Shown here one piece after another: positions 28,264 through 41,460 of a DNA stretch of 64,000 nucleotides. Position 1 is the first letter of the stretch. Each line of letters opens with the position of its first letter. The DNA comes from Auanema rhodensis (Eukaryota; Animalia; Nematoda). The DNA lies in assembly GCA_964057225.1 (NCBI GenBank), contig OZ059897.1:7378001-7442000 (forward strand). The letters are read 5' to 3'. The notes under the pieces are model-generated. The model had not been told where the DNA came from. It made no database searches and saw only the letters and a list, made by a program, of their open reading frames with translations. The position numbers were made by a program, and so were the translations under genes.

Positions 28264-29565
28264 TTAAATTTCAAGGAACTGGCCATCTTCACTCGTTCTG
28301 ATAGCCTTAGTTTCGATTTCAGCTGGTGGATCAACTTTCTTCTCCTCATCTGGTCTGTATCTAAGTCTTCTCATTGGTCTATTCTCCAAATTGAAAGCGC
28401 TTCTGAAAGAATATCATAATATATTACGGTATACATACATGCAGTTTTTGTAATTTGAAAGGATTAGAGAAGCATAATTAGAGCACCATATCGGTAGGAT
28501 TAATATAAATTGTATTTGGGAGGGTGAGAAGAAAAGGAAAAATAGTCTAGTTTGCAGTTATCCAGGCATTTTTAGTTCATTCATTTGCAAACCGACAAAT
28601 AGGATCAGAGGTAACGAGGAACTAAATAAGGTTGCTCGACCTGATCGCATCACGGACGCTCAAATGAATGTCCCTTATTTGCTCACCGACTTCACGAATT
28701 TTCTGCGTCACTCTAAAATCTACATAACAGCAAAAAAATAGAAATATAACAAGTATTATACCATTGCAAGCAGCTAAAGAGTAGCAAACACAAGAGGATA
28801 AGTTCAAAATAAGTTGTTTTATATAAAACTTACTTTTTGTTTTGTTTCTTCTCTTTGCGCATAGCTTTCAATTCCTTTTTGATTGAGCCAGACAATCCTT
28901 CAAAGACTTGACGCATTTTCTCGTGACGATCAGCCATAGTCAAAGTGGGATCCTGTCAAAAATACGAAGAATGATGAACATGCAATCACGATTTCAAACC
29001 TCGAGAATTTCTACTAATTTTTTATCAGCAGACTGAGCATCTGCTGATAAGCGTTCTCGTTTCTTTTCATGTTCACGAAGTCTTTGTTGTCTACGAGCCT
29101 CTACCTCGGTTTTGAAGAGTTCGAAAGCTTCCTACAAACAGGAAAATTCGAAAGGAAAACAGATGATAACTACCTGGACTTCTGGTCTGTCTTTCTTGAG
29201 GATTTGTTCAATTCTTGTGTCGATTTCCTCACGAGTCAAGTCTTTGTTCATCAAAACATCACGGACTTCTCTTCTTGTTTCTTCAGTAGCATTCTCCAGA
29301 AAGGGTGGCATTGGCATTTTTCCTCTGAATTCAATAATAAAAATAAGATTAGAAAGTATAATTGAGATTTACCTTCCAAAACGTCCCATATTTTTTCCTC
29401 TCATTGGTACAGCCTGAACAAACTTGATAAGTATTAAGAAAAAAACTGAAACGAGCATACCTTAACCTTCTTGCCTTTGGTATTCTTTTCAGGTACAAAC
29501 TCATCATCATCGATAAATTGAGTACTGGCTAGCCCAACTATTAACAAAATCAAAAGCAATTTCAT
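28264..29565 (-). CDS. SXP/RAL-2 (DUF148/ANIS5-like) secreted helical protein
   Basis: Signal peptide MKLLLILLIVGLAST, family motif PPFLENATEETRREVRDVLMNKDLTREEI and second repeat LSADAQSADKKLVEILEDPTLT. Splice phases are consistent. Confidence 0.85.
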
Positions 29566-30052
29566 TACTGTAAAAGTAAAACTTAATGAAAATTTAAAAG
29601 AAAAAGTTAATAAAGAGAGCAGAAAGGTAGCCATCTTACTGACCACTAGGTAATCAAAATGAAATGGCCCTCTTCCTTGTTTATATAGCAAGTCGTGGCG
29701 AGAAGGAAGGATTTGAATTGTTTGTTTGTTTATTTGATCACTGTCATAGAACATAGTGGACTCCCGTTCGACAGACATCTCCATTTTGCTCGTCAGAAAA
29801 AAGAACCACCTGGTCAAAAGTACAAATATGGATACCGGATGAATTAAAATGCGGAAGCTGTAAGTATTGATACTGCTAAGCTTCACTACAATGTCTTGTC
29901 ACAAAATGATTCATCGTAAAGTTCGTACGTCATTTGCTATGAATCGGCGAACTGTACTTCATTAAACCAATACTTTTTAAACCTTTATTTCACATTACAA
30001 TGAATCATGAAGAACCGTATTTTCAGTATATTTGATTGATATTATCCCAGTT

Positions 30053-30304
30053 TTAAACATATCTCATGTTTTTATAATATCCCTGATGATCGTTTTGTTT
30101 TTGATGTTGTCGCTGCTGCTGTGTCTGGTGCTGCTGCAGTTGCTGTTGATTATTAATCTGCAGGAAAAATTAATTTTTATTGCAAACTGAAAGGAATACC
30201 TGTGGTGAAGAATTAGCAGCAAATACAAATCGTTCTAAAGGTAGTGTAACCGTATCTTTCCCAGGAAAATAAAGAATATGTGATGTGGCCAATTGGCAGT
30301 ACAT
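30053..30304 (-). CDS. Possible small two-exon Gln-rich ORF (about 68 aa)
   Basis: MYCQLATSHILYFPGKDTVTLPLERFVFAANSSPQ|INNQQQLQQHQTQQRQHQ...RYV*, joined by a CAG|GTATTC...CTGCAG intron. No homology recognised. Confidence 0.25.
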
Positions 30305-30985
30305 CAAAGAACAGAGAATAAGAGAGAAATACTTCATAATGGGTGACTTATGGAGGGAATATACCTACTTTTACCTAGTGAAGGAGCAAGACTGAGAAAG
30401 GAAAACGCCTTATTTGTAGAAGGTTGACCAATTTATGTAATATCTATTTGAGGCGGCGATTAGCTTCCCACGACTAAACGAATTTATCACTTACTTCTAA
30501 CTAACCAATCAGGAAAAATAAATGATAGTCATCTCTTGTTATACAAGACACTTCTGTGAAAATCTGATTCCCTGAGAAATGTGATTAATTTTAATTTCAA
30601 AAACCATTATAAAGAGAAAGCAAAAGCCGAATCAACAATGTTCAAAAACAAAAATGATTTTTTCACATGTCTAGAGTGTTTTATTTAAATCTGTGAAATT
30701 ATGTGACCATTTCTTTGAATCAATTTTGCTCATTGAAAAAAGACATCTAAAAATATGTTTATTATGTTTATAAATTCCACAGTTTTGGTTAATCAAGAAA
30801 AAAACATATAAAATATCAAAATGACTATAAACGAAACAGAAGTGACAATATACAAAGATTAATAGTTGAACAGGAACGGTTTCTCTTCGTGAAAATCACA
30901 AATAACCTAACAGAAAACTAGCCTTTACATGAGAAATAAAAGTAAAAACTATCCAAATACTTAAAGTATAAAAACTTGTCCGAAA

Positions 30986-32349
30986 TTAATCCAACGTGAT
31001 GATATCATAGTTGGCCGTCTGAAACATATTATGATGATGAAAAAGAAACATTGAAATGCTTACCCGAGGTTTCTTTGGAGCAATATCTTCCGAATCTGTT
31101 GAACTGCGTTGAACAGAAAAAGATCTTATTCGACTCTGCTTTCTCATTAAACGATTTGGTCTCTCAGCCTGCAAATAATACAAGATTGAAAACAACAGTA
31201 CAACATAACCCACTGGTTCATTTAAATAACGTTCTACACCGCTACGCAAGGGTCCCCAATAATCATTTTCATCCTCTCTTTCCAAATCCAAAGGAAAATA
31301 TAACCTCTGCTTGTCATCAATATATTGCCTCTGAGATAGCCTCAGAAGCGTTATATGATTAATACGAGGAAACTCACAATTTTGAGCAAATCTGTGCTAT
31401 ATGCGTCAATTCTATCCGGTAATAACTGCTTGTTCAAATACAAGTAAAAATAAATGTGACCATTTGGTATGTCATTAAGGCATTCAGCTAACGCTTTTAA
31501 CTGAAAAAAATATAAAATAGGTGAATGAAGCAATAATTATTAATACTTGATCGTCCGAAATTTTTCGTATAATTGATGCTAAAAATAATGAATTCAAGGT
31601 TTTAATATTGTGTAGAAACTAACAGGATAAAATATTATAATCTTCTATTTCATTCGGAAGAGTTTCCTGATTATCAACATCTTCTGGCTGCAAAATATAC
31701 AATAAATTTGTATAATGAAAGAAAAAAATACAAGTTCTTCAGTAGTTGTTGAGCTGTCATTCTGATCAACCGTACAGAGATCATCAGATATTTGAGATTC
31801 ACCGTCCACGTATTCAATGTGAGATTCAGTATCTTCAGTTGTTTGGTTTGAAAAATTACAGCATTCTGGTTGGACATTATCAGTTTGAACACCGCATCCA
31901 TTCGACACTAGCTCATAATCCATTTCAGTTCCCACACTTGACGTACTAACATACGAACTCAGATCACACGATATAACGGTCTGTACACTCTTGTCCAATT
32001 TCGTAGTTAGTCTATTAAGCTGATCAAAAAGCGTCGAATCCTAGCATGAAATTAGCAATGAAGTTGAAAGAAAAAAACTTACATAATTTTCTTCTGTAGG
32101 ATGAACTAACTGACGAGCCAAATATTTGGCTTTATGTTCGTTTAATTGTACTGAGAGTACCTGAAATCTGATTTCAAAACTGAAATTATTCTATAACCAA
32201 CCTTCATATGTTTTATTTCTCCGTTCACATACATTGAGCATCCATCTCCTACTTTCAAATCAAGGGTATTTGGTAAGACATCAATATTATTGCCAAAGGC
32301 TTCAATGCATAAGGCATATTCTTTAGGAAATGCTGCACTTGCACCCATG
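30986..32349 (-). CDS. Uncharacterised multi-exon protein with an acidic Ser/Thr-rich middle and a basic PKKPR near the C-terminus
   Basis: Phase-consistent chain of short-intron exons from MGASAAFPKEYALCIEAFG to TANYDIITLD*. No family recognised; start codon uncertain. Confidence 0.65.
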
Positions 32350-33304
32350 ACTCCCAATGTATGCACATATACTTAAAACAAAAAAAATTAAAAGAAAATT
32401 ACAAACATAAACAGTAATAAAAGACAGCTGAGAAAACACCTTGGAAAGCTGTAGTAATTTCCATAATAAACATAAAACTAGGACCCTCTCTATTCCTTCA
32501 CTCTTGGTCTCAAGGTTTATTTTGGTTAAAAACAGTACGTTGTTCTCACGACAAGCTGCCAATAAGTAACCGTTCACGGTAATTCTCATATTTTTACAAC
32601 AACAACAGAAAAGGTTCAAAAATAATTTGTGGGCAGATTATTTTTCTCAAAGTAAGCATAGTAGAAAATACTTTGTAAGTCAGACTATAAACTTACAAAT
32701 AATTAAACAAAATGACAAAATGATCAAAGAACCCTCGCCAAACTCCATGATACTATTTATAGGATATGGAATTACAAAAATAATGATAGTTTCCAGTATT
32801 TGACGGATATATCCCTCCCTCAATAAAAATGTTTCACAATTAATTTATATTGATTTCTATCTAACTAATTAGCATAACTGTTTTGCTAACTCGTCGCCAG
32901 GAATGCACTTACGCGCCAAGTAGCAAAGATTTGGTTTGATTAATTTCAGTTTCATTTACAAATATTGTCAAAGCTAAGCGGTCTGTCATGAGATTATCTA
33001 AAAGTAATTTAATTAAAATACTTCTATTTATCCGATAAGATGTGGTTTATTTTTGAAAATGTAACATTTAAAATGGCATTATTAATATTATATGAGTATA
33101 ACATAATATAATATATTTAAAAAGCTTATTTGTTGTGTTAAAAGTTAAATTGTCTTAAATCGTACCCGATTTTAATAAATCATATAGCATAGAGATCAAC
33201 AGTTGAGGGTACTTATCAATTTCAAATATCTTTGCTAGTTGTTGTTTCCGGTCGATACTCAGGATTAGGGCTTCTAGGGGGTTATGTAATTATGACAGTT
33301 GCGC

Positions 33305-34960
33305 TCATAGTATTGTGCAGCATTTCTTATCCTCTTTCTCCTGAGTTTTTTCTGCAGCAGTAGCAGAAATCTCTGATTCTACTTTATTATTTCCTGATGA
33401 TGTTTTTGATTTTGTAGCACTTGATGTATGTTTTTTCACCTAAAAATACATTATTATGATATTGGTAAAGGTGGCACAGAATAAAAATACCTCGGTGATT
33501 AATGTCTCTACGGTTGGCCAAGTATTTTTAGAATCTTCCACATACTTATAAAGAATCTCTCCTGATCTATTAACGAGAATTGTGCCACCCTTCAATTATA
33601 TCTTCCTATACTTCTTGAATATGCATTAGAAATTACCATTTGGATCACATATGCTGTCTCATCATCATTATTTTCTTTATCTGCAGTTTTTGGCCTACCA
33701 TCTTCATTTAATGAGTCTTCCATCATCTAAATTTTCGGTTATCATAGGTTTATTTCCTAATTTACTTGCTTTAGTTAAAGCTTTCCAAGATGCTACTTTC
33801 ATCACTGATTTCCTGTTAGCCTTCATTTCGTTTAAAGCATCATTGTCATCATACAGTCTTCGGAAAGGAACGCCAATAAGCTTTATGTACGAGCCACCTC
33901 AAAATATTTTTCTTTCTTTTCTCAATTTTATAGCCGAGTTACCTCCGATCGGTGGCCCCTTTGTCAACAATGAGACATCACATCCCATTTTTCTTAAGTC
34001 GGCCATTTTGTTGTACAGTGATAGAATATGCTGGTTAATTTCTGGCGTCGAGAAAGATCTTAGAAAATATTTTTAACGCTGTATCTTATTAAGATTACTT
34101 ACCTAACTATGATTATCAGAACTAATTCGAAAGCACTTCCTTTACAGTAATGACTGATAGTTTGATTCGGAACTCCTCGTTCAGAGATATCTTCATCTAA
34201 AAATATCAACAACGTTATTCATTCTAACAGTATACGGATCTGCATACCAATTTCGGGACAGGGACCTAGTTTTTCATCCAATTCTTTGTCCACATTTCTC
34301 ATGAGGTCATCATATTCAGCTATAAATTGTTCGAGTTGTTGCACAAGGGTGGCTGTAATAAAATAATTATAATCAGTATTTGATCTTCGACTTGTTTAGA
34401 TCTCAGTAATACTTCATTATTCAGATTTGCCAGTCTACTCTTTAGAATTTATGATTTCAGACAATGAACTTACTACATAATCATCAGTACAAAGTTCTAA
34501 GGAATCAGATCAAATATCAAAATAATGAAAATGTACAGCTAACACATAAACTCACCGCTTTCTTCACTTTCGGCTTTAATTGCTTCAAGAGCTTTTTCAA
34601 ACTCGGATTCGGTTTTAATATTCATCATCTCCCATAAACGAGCAAGTTCCACAGAAAACTGTGAGCAAACAAAATAATTTTGAACATAGTTCACTGCGAA
34701 TACGGCAGCTGAGTTGTGTTCAATGGCCTTAAAACGTTTTTTTATCAAATTTTAACAAATAGTATTTTACTTCTCGGTAATTTTGTAGTCTAGCTTCCAA
34801 GCCAGTAATGAAACATTTGAGCTGTTCAGCAACAGTATCGTGTACTCTGGGTGTTGAGTCAGTAGGAAGTACCAAGATCTTCCGCACCTAAAACACATAA
34901 AATAAGAAATAAATCAAAAGAGAGTTTAAAGCATACTTGTTGGTCAGGAGCCTCACTCAT
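33305..34960 (-). CDS. Selenoprotein L/PRXL2 (AhpC-TSA_2)-like thioredoxin-fold protein lacking CxxC/UxxU, with C-terminal CaaX
   Basis: Spliced ORF with LVLIIIVRSFSTPEINQHILSL, VPFRRLYD and QMGGTILVNRSGEILYKY (AhpC/TSA-like elements), ending KKCCTIL*. Requires a GC-AG intron at 33727-33769. The family call is by recalled resemblance. Confidence 0.7.
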
Positions 34961-37900
34961 GCTGTAAGTCTTAAACATGTTGAATATAGTAAAAATTAGA
35001 GAATAAAACGAGAAAGACGAATAGTAGAAGACACGTTTTCGAGAATAAATTGGTAGAATAATCAAATATTTTGTGGGGGAAAGATGAAAACGAAAGAGCA
35101 CGGATTAGGGAATAAGAAAAACGAAATGCCATATAATAAAATACTTTATTGAGACATCTATTCATATTCCAGATAGCTTAAGCTTAAACAGTTATAAAAG
35201 GTTGTAATGATGTCAATAACATTAGAAATTTGTAATGAAAATGAGCAAATAGTTTCGAAATAGTACAAGGGCAAGAATAAGATGTGAAGGAGTTATTGGA
35301 AAAGGAGATGAGCTGCTATTCATATATCTCACATAATTCATCGTAAATTGATCTAAATATAATAGCTAACTGACACTGCAAGGATTATATGTTTAAGAAG
35401 TTGTTGCATTTTCTTTGTAAAAACGTTTGTATTGTTATTACTAGAACATGGCCAGCTGTTTTATCGACAGCAGAGAAATATCAATAGGAAGCTTTTGTCC
35501 TGCTGATAATCTATTCATTTTTTTGTGAGTTGAAAAAGATAAGCAGAAGAATTCTTGAAATGTTTCATAAAAGGATCAGAGATGAGATGAAGGTGTGTCA
35601 AAGATGTTTGATATTCTATCATTAAAGCAATCACTTCTGCTTCTATTGGTTCGCATTCATGTGAACTTTGTATGTAAAGCCAAAAACATTATACAAATAA
35701 CATGAAGAAACAAGAAAAGTAGTTTTTTTCCTTGGAATTCGAGGGAATGAGAAGTCGTATTTGGAAAAATAAAATTGACTCAATTTTCTTCATTTAAATT
35801 CTTCTATAAGAGACCTTTTTTAGACTTGCTTCTATGCAAAAGAAGGAGAAATATGTTGTATATTCATCATATAGGACAGCCAATTTAGTAATTTGAATGA
35901 GTTGACGAGCTCTATAGGACAGAGAGGACCGAAAAAAAGCTACATGAAAAGAGAAAGGTATAGGTGCCGTATATAGATTTGAAAAAACAAATTATAGCTG
36001 AGGGGATCTTGTTCAAGAGAAACGGCAGAAAATTAATATTTCTAAAGAACAATTGAAATAAGTAATCAAATATTGGGATGAATTCTTCGCAAACCAGCTC
36101 GGAATTGTGAAAATATGAGCTGATCCTTATGTATTTTGAAGAAAATAAAAATTGCAGCTTGAGACGAAATGAAAAAGGTTAATAGAACACCCATCTATTT
36201 CTCGAAGCATTCAAAATTAGATGTTTCTCGCAGGTGAAATTTCCATCAAGAAATATCCATATGGTCATAGTTTCGATAGAAAGACTACGGGTATATTGGT
36301 TATTTCATGAAAGCATTCATTCACAATATATGAGTTTCGAACATAAATTAATATGAATGTTGTTTGAACATGATGTCATATAGTAGAACCAGTTTCTCGA
36401 GTAACAAATGAAAGTTTAAATGAGTCGGATGACTTTCAGATTGGAGTAGGCGAAAGGGCTGATGAAAAAAAGCTGAAGCCTTGTTTTGAATGCGTAAAGT
36501 CTAATTCTAATTTTCTGGCACGAATGTTGGAAAAGCGTATTGTTTGGCGATAAACTAGAGAATATCTGATGGCTGATTAAAAAAAGACATCCACGATTAG
36601 ATGCTTCATGAAATGTTTATTTCACTACTATCATATGTTTATATTGCTTTTTAACTGATATTTACAGCTTGCAAAATGAACGAGCATGAGAAAGCGGCAT
36701 TTCTATTTTCTTACCAGCCATGTTTTTAAAGTCTTGGATAGTGTGTAAAAATCTATCACCAGCCATTCGACTTAATAATACCTTCAGAAGAAATCAGATG
36801 GTCGCCTAGGCAATAGATGAAAAGGTTGAAGCGGGCGAATATATTATAATAAGACGGGTGAGAGGTTTTTATTCGGAATGAGTTAACAAAAAAATCATCA
36901 TTAGCAAAGAGAAAAAATTGATGATGATAAAACTATAAAGAAGAAAGCATGAGTTCCGTCCCCACATTCCGTCAGATGACGCCATAGTAGTGGCAGCTCA
37001 GAGATACCAACTGCCCACACCACCAACAGACTCTTTGAAAGAGATAAATGCAGTTCTGTTTCATGGATTGTTGTCGAAGCATCTATCAGACCTTTTGTCT
37101 TCTTCAATCTTGATTGCTAGGGTCTCGGGAAGTTTTTCACTCTTATCGAAAAGTATCAAGCCATACCTCTTTTTCACTTATTTTGCTTCTACATATCTTA
37201 AGTAGTTAATTGTCAGCATGAAAACTTGAATAATTTGCGTCATTAAAAATTCTCAAAGTTTACTAGCATATAAATTTCTAAATGTTTTCTAAAAAAAAGT
37301 TCGAATCGATACTCCCAATGAAAATTAGGCTTAACGTCTAGCTTTTCAACTTTACGACATAAAGGTGAAACACAACCGAGTCAGCGAAAGTTATTGCGTA
37401 AAATGAAAAATATCAATAACGCGCGTAATCACTAAATTCAAAAATCGCTAATCTAAATATGAAAATAATATATATATATATATACAATAATATATATAAT
37501 ATATATATTAAAATATGTGAATAACATATAATTATTAGATTATAATACCAGAAAAAACGGAAGGGGTGAGTACACATAGATGACTTTCTTTAGTAGTTTC
37601 ATTTGAAGCAGGTGTTCCAACTATTGATATAGTCTTTATTCAGCAAACGAATGCTATTGGAAATCTCTGCGCTGAACATGGATTTACTAACCAATTGAGA
37701 GAGAAAAAAAACTGAAGAATGGAAATCTATCCTATTAAAAGCTAAAATTTTGTTAGGAATATGATGTGATTAAAAAGGTCATGCCTGGGAAATCATGATA
37801 TTTTTGGGAGTTTGATTTATGATCTAACTTTTGAATAAAAGTCCTTCAGGTTTATTTAGATAAATGGTGTTCAGCTTGCAACATTTTAAAAAATTGTGTC

Positions 37901-39502
37901 CAGTACTAGTTACTACAGAATACAATTTCTAGCTGCGGTCAAAGGTTGCAATGACAATGATAAAAGAGCTAAGTTCAAAAACTTGGTCTATGATCAGGCT
38001 AACGCTGATGTGAAGTAAAAATTAAAAAAAAACACAAAAACGCAGTCTTATAGGTAGATGCCATCGCTTGATGAAGTACTTGTTGTAGTCAAACAAAGCT
38101 ATTTCTCATTATTCATATCCATAAAAGGAAAAGCAACTGAATGAAACGTCTAGTACTGCTTAGAAGAACATCAAGGATCGGAGCTTGATGAAGTGAAAGT
38201 GAGAATGATGACATGTAGTAAGAGAAGCAAATGGAAATGGATGAAGAGATGAAGTGATGGCTGAGAGGTTAAGAGAAAGAGGAAACGAGAATGATCCAAA
38301 GCTGACAATGGTTAAAAGGTTATATAAAAACGAAATGAACAATTCAGAAAAGACTTTATGGAGAGCAATATTCAAGTTTCTCTGATAATTTGACTTCAAT
38401 ACGAACTAATGATGAAGGTGATTATATCGACCACTTTTCTATTCAACTCTGACATCACTTTTAATCGTTCTTTTTCAACAATCATATTTTGCAGTGAGCA
38501 AGCGTGAAGAGAAGAAGGGGGAGGTGGGTAAGGATCGACCAAATTGAAGCTTTATATTGAATTTTAACTCATCTTATTAACTATGAGAGTAGAGTTATCT
38601 ATTTGTTCTGGATTCTCATATATAATTAGTCTACGAAGGAAATTCAACTGTTTCATCCAATATCTTCAGCCGTTTCTCATTACGTTTGTTGATAAAAGCA
38701 ATAACAACAATCGTTCTTATTCATACGTATGAAAGATCATTCATGAATCTGTTTATGTCATGGGATGCAATCTTAATAAAACAGATATTTAGCTGGATTT
38801 AAGAGTTAATTTCAAAAATTCATTTAAACAATGGAAACTTAACAAAGATACCATATTGTTTCTCACTCTGGCAATATTAAACTGTTATAAAAAAGGCAAT
38901 AAAAACAGTGTGTTTGTATTGGTAGTATGAAAACATAAAGAGGAAATTTGAGCCACAATAGTTAGATTTTGGCAGAGACAGCCATAATGGGCAGCTGAAA
39001 ACATTTTTTTTTCTATTTGCAGCATTCTTCCGCTATTTGTTAAAAGTAAAAGAAATAGTAAAAAAAAGAATATGATAAGAATGAGGCGTACGAAGAGGGT
39101 CTCATTGCTTTTTCTTCCAAACTCATCTATGACTTTGAAATTGTCATATAGTAAGTGTATAGTTATTACAATGACTAATATAGTAATTATCGACTTTGAC
39201 GCAAAGTTACCAATTAAAACAGGTGAAAATGTTACTTAAGAGTATAATAATGATACGAGGCATCGATTATTATAAAAATGACAAATATTCAAAAAATAAG
39301 TTTCAACTTAGCAAAAAGAAGGAGGAGAGGGGGGGGACATGTACAGTCAATATAATTAGACGATGTGAACAGAGAAAGGAAGTTTACAAGATATGAGGTA
39401 AGGCTCAACTTCAACTTCAAGTAAGAAGTGAGATAAGATGGCTTAGGATTGATGTAAATATAAAGAGGAGTAAAGGATATATATAGATAGAAAATGAGGT
39501 GG

Positions 39503-39560
39503 TATATATATATATATATATAAATATACATATAAATATATATATATAGTATATATATAT
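39503..39560. repeat. (AT)n-rich microsatellite
   Basis: Seen directly. Confidence 0.8.
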
Positions 39561-41388
39561 TATTTAAAATAAAACAAAAGCCAAATAATAAATAGAAAAT
39601 GAAAGAAGAAGAAAAATGAACACAGAAAAGGCAATGGCAAAGAAAAATTGTAGATGAGATTATAACGGAAAGAAAAGCACGAAATAAGAAAAAAAAGAAT
39701 AACATTGATACTATAATCTTGCAATTTTAAAAATCATACAGAGATTTATGCTGTATTGTGGTGATGTGGCTTAATACTCGATTTGGGAAAAAGCAATCAG
39801 TATTGTTTGCGGGAGCTTGTTCCGATGTACAACACTGTTACAATTTTCGTCGTATTAATAGACTCGACGATTATTATTGCTTGACCAAAGTATAGCACAG
39901 CTTGAAACTGTTAAACAAGAAAAATGGAGTTGAATACATTTCAAATTTGTGGATCGAGTGGATTTACTTCTGACGCATGACTACGAATTTCCAGATGTGA
40001 GCGACTACAAGCTGCAAGATAAACATAATCACTTGCTAAGATGTAGATAAAATTAGGGCATCCGAATATAGAAACTCTGAATCTAAATGGAATATTAATT
40101 CAATTTTTGTTGCTTTAGCACAGCATATCTTTTACATCATACTACATTTAAAGCTACTCGGAGAATGCCTTAGAATTGACAGACGACGTCTAATTATTAA
40201 AATCAAATCAGAAGCCATATCTAGAAAATATTTCTCATACAGAGATGAAAAAAGCTTTGAGGTGGTAACAAAGCAGCGATAATGGGTAAGTTTACCACTC
40301 ACTTTTCCATTTATTCAGAAAATGAGATTTTTAACCGACAACTTGGCTTTTTTAACTCCTGGAACAAATCTTATTGTTATACGTGATTGAATATCATATA
40401 AATATCTCTAGGTTGTTGAGCTTATATGAAATAACGGAAATTCCTATAATTCGATTACGTACACAAGCCCAAAAAAAAAGATAAATCGTCTCGTACGAAT
40501 TGAAAATTTGATTCAACAGCTACAAATTGAAAGATTCGAAACATATTCGAAGCTTAGTCGAGTTGGAAATTCGATTGTTTCGGAAATGTAGAATATAAAG
40601 CTAATATGGCGAATGGGAAAAATCAGAAGATTGGAGCTACATTTCGCTCAATTGCAGGAGAAGAAAATTTCAAAATTAGGTTTTTTCATCAGCCTATCTT
40701 CATTAGACCATTACGTTCAATTCCAAGCACATATTATTTACTCGTATTTTCTGGGTTCACCTAATCTGTTTCCGCCATCTCTTTTTACAGCAATTCTTGG
40801 TATGGAGGAAAATCTAGAAACCAGAACGTTATATATGTAATATAAAACTATAATCAAATCGAAAATAAAGTACATATTGTTAACGATAAAGCAGATAGAA
40901 AAATCAAATTAAAGAGAGAATTCTCTTGACAACATATAATGAAAATGAAGAACTGTTAGCATATATGGAGAGGAAAAAAACTCGAAATTCACACATCTTC
41001 GGCATTTGTTTTTTTATGTGTGAAATAAGCTCGATTCAGATTTTTTTACACGGAAAGATAAACATTCGTTATAACTCACAACAATAGCAGGAAATAGCTC
41101 ATATTCTCAAACAAGTGAATTATTATTTAATGTCGAAGCCCGAGCTGAAATGCCATATAAATTCCAATTTAATTTATCATTCACATGAACTCCGCTTAGA
41201 ACCAATAATTGTTCATTTGTGCCACATTATTCATAACTTATATAGGTAAGTTAAATGTTAGCAGAAGAATCTATTCTTCCAATATGATGTCTGAAACATA
41301 AATAGAAATCCTGTGCTGGATGGATATACATATGCTTCATTCATGAGAATGAATGAAATTAATTTTTTTAAATTGACTATAACAAAGT

Positions 41389-41460
41389 CACACACACACA
41401 TACACATGAACACACTAACACACACGCACACACACACACACACATCTCATCACATCACAC
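41389..41460. repeat. Imperfect (CA)n microsatellite
   Basis: Seen directly. Confidence 0.85.

Noticed and set aside
34354-34555. Possible extra micro-exons in the SelL-like gene
   Set aside because: The flanking exons already join in phase (EES-ATLVQQ), and including the internal segments breaks the frame.
33305-34960. Selenocysteine recoding of the TGA near 33704 in the SelL-like gene
   Set aside because: The TGA is out of frame once the GC-AG intron is removed and is not at the redox-motif position; no SECIS was recognised.
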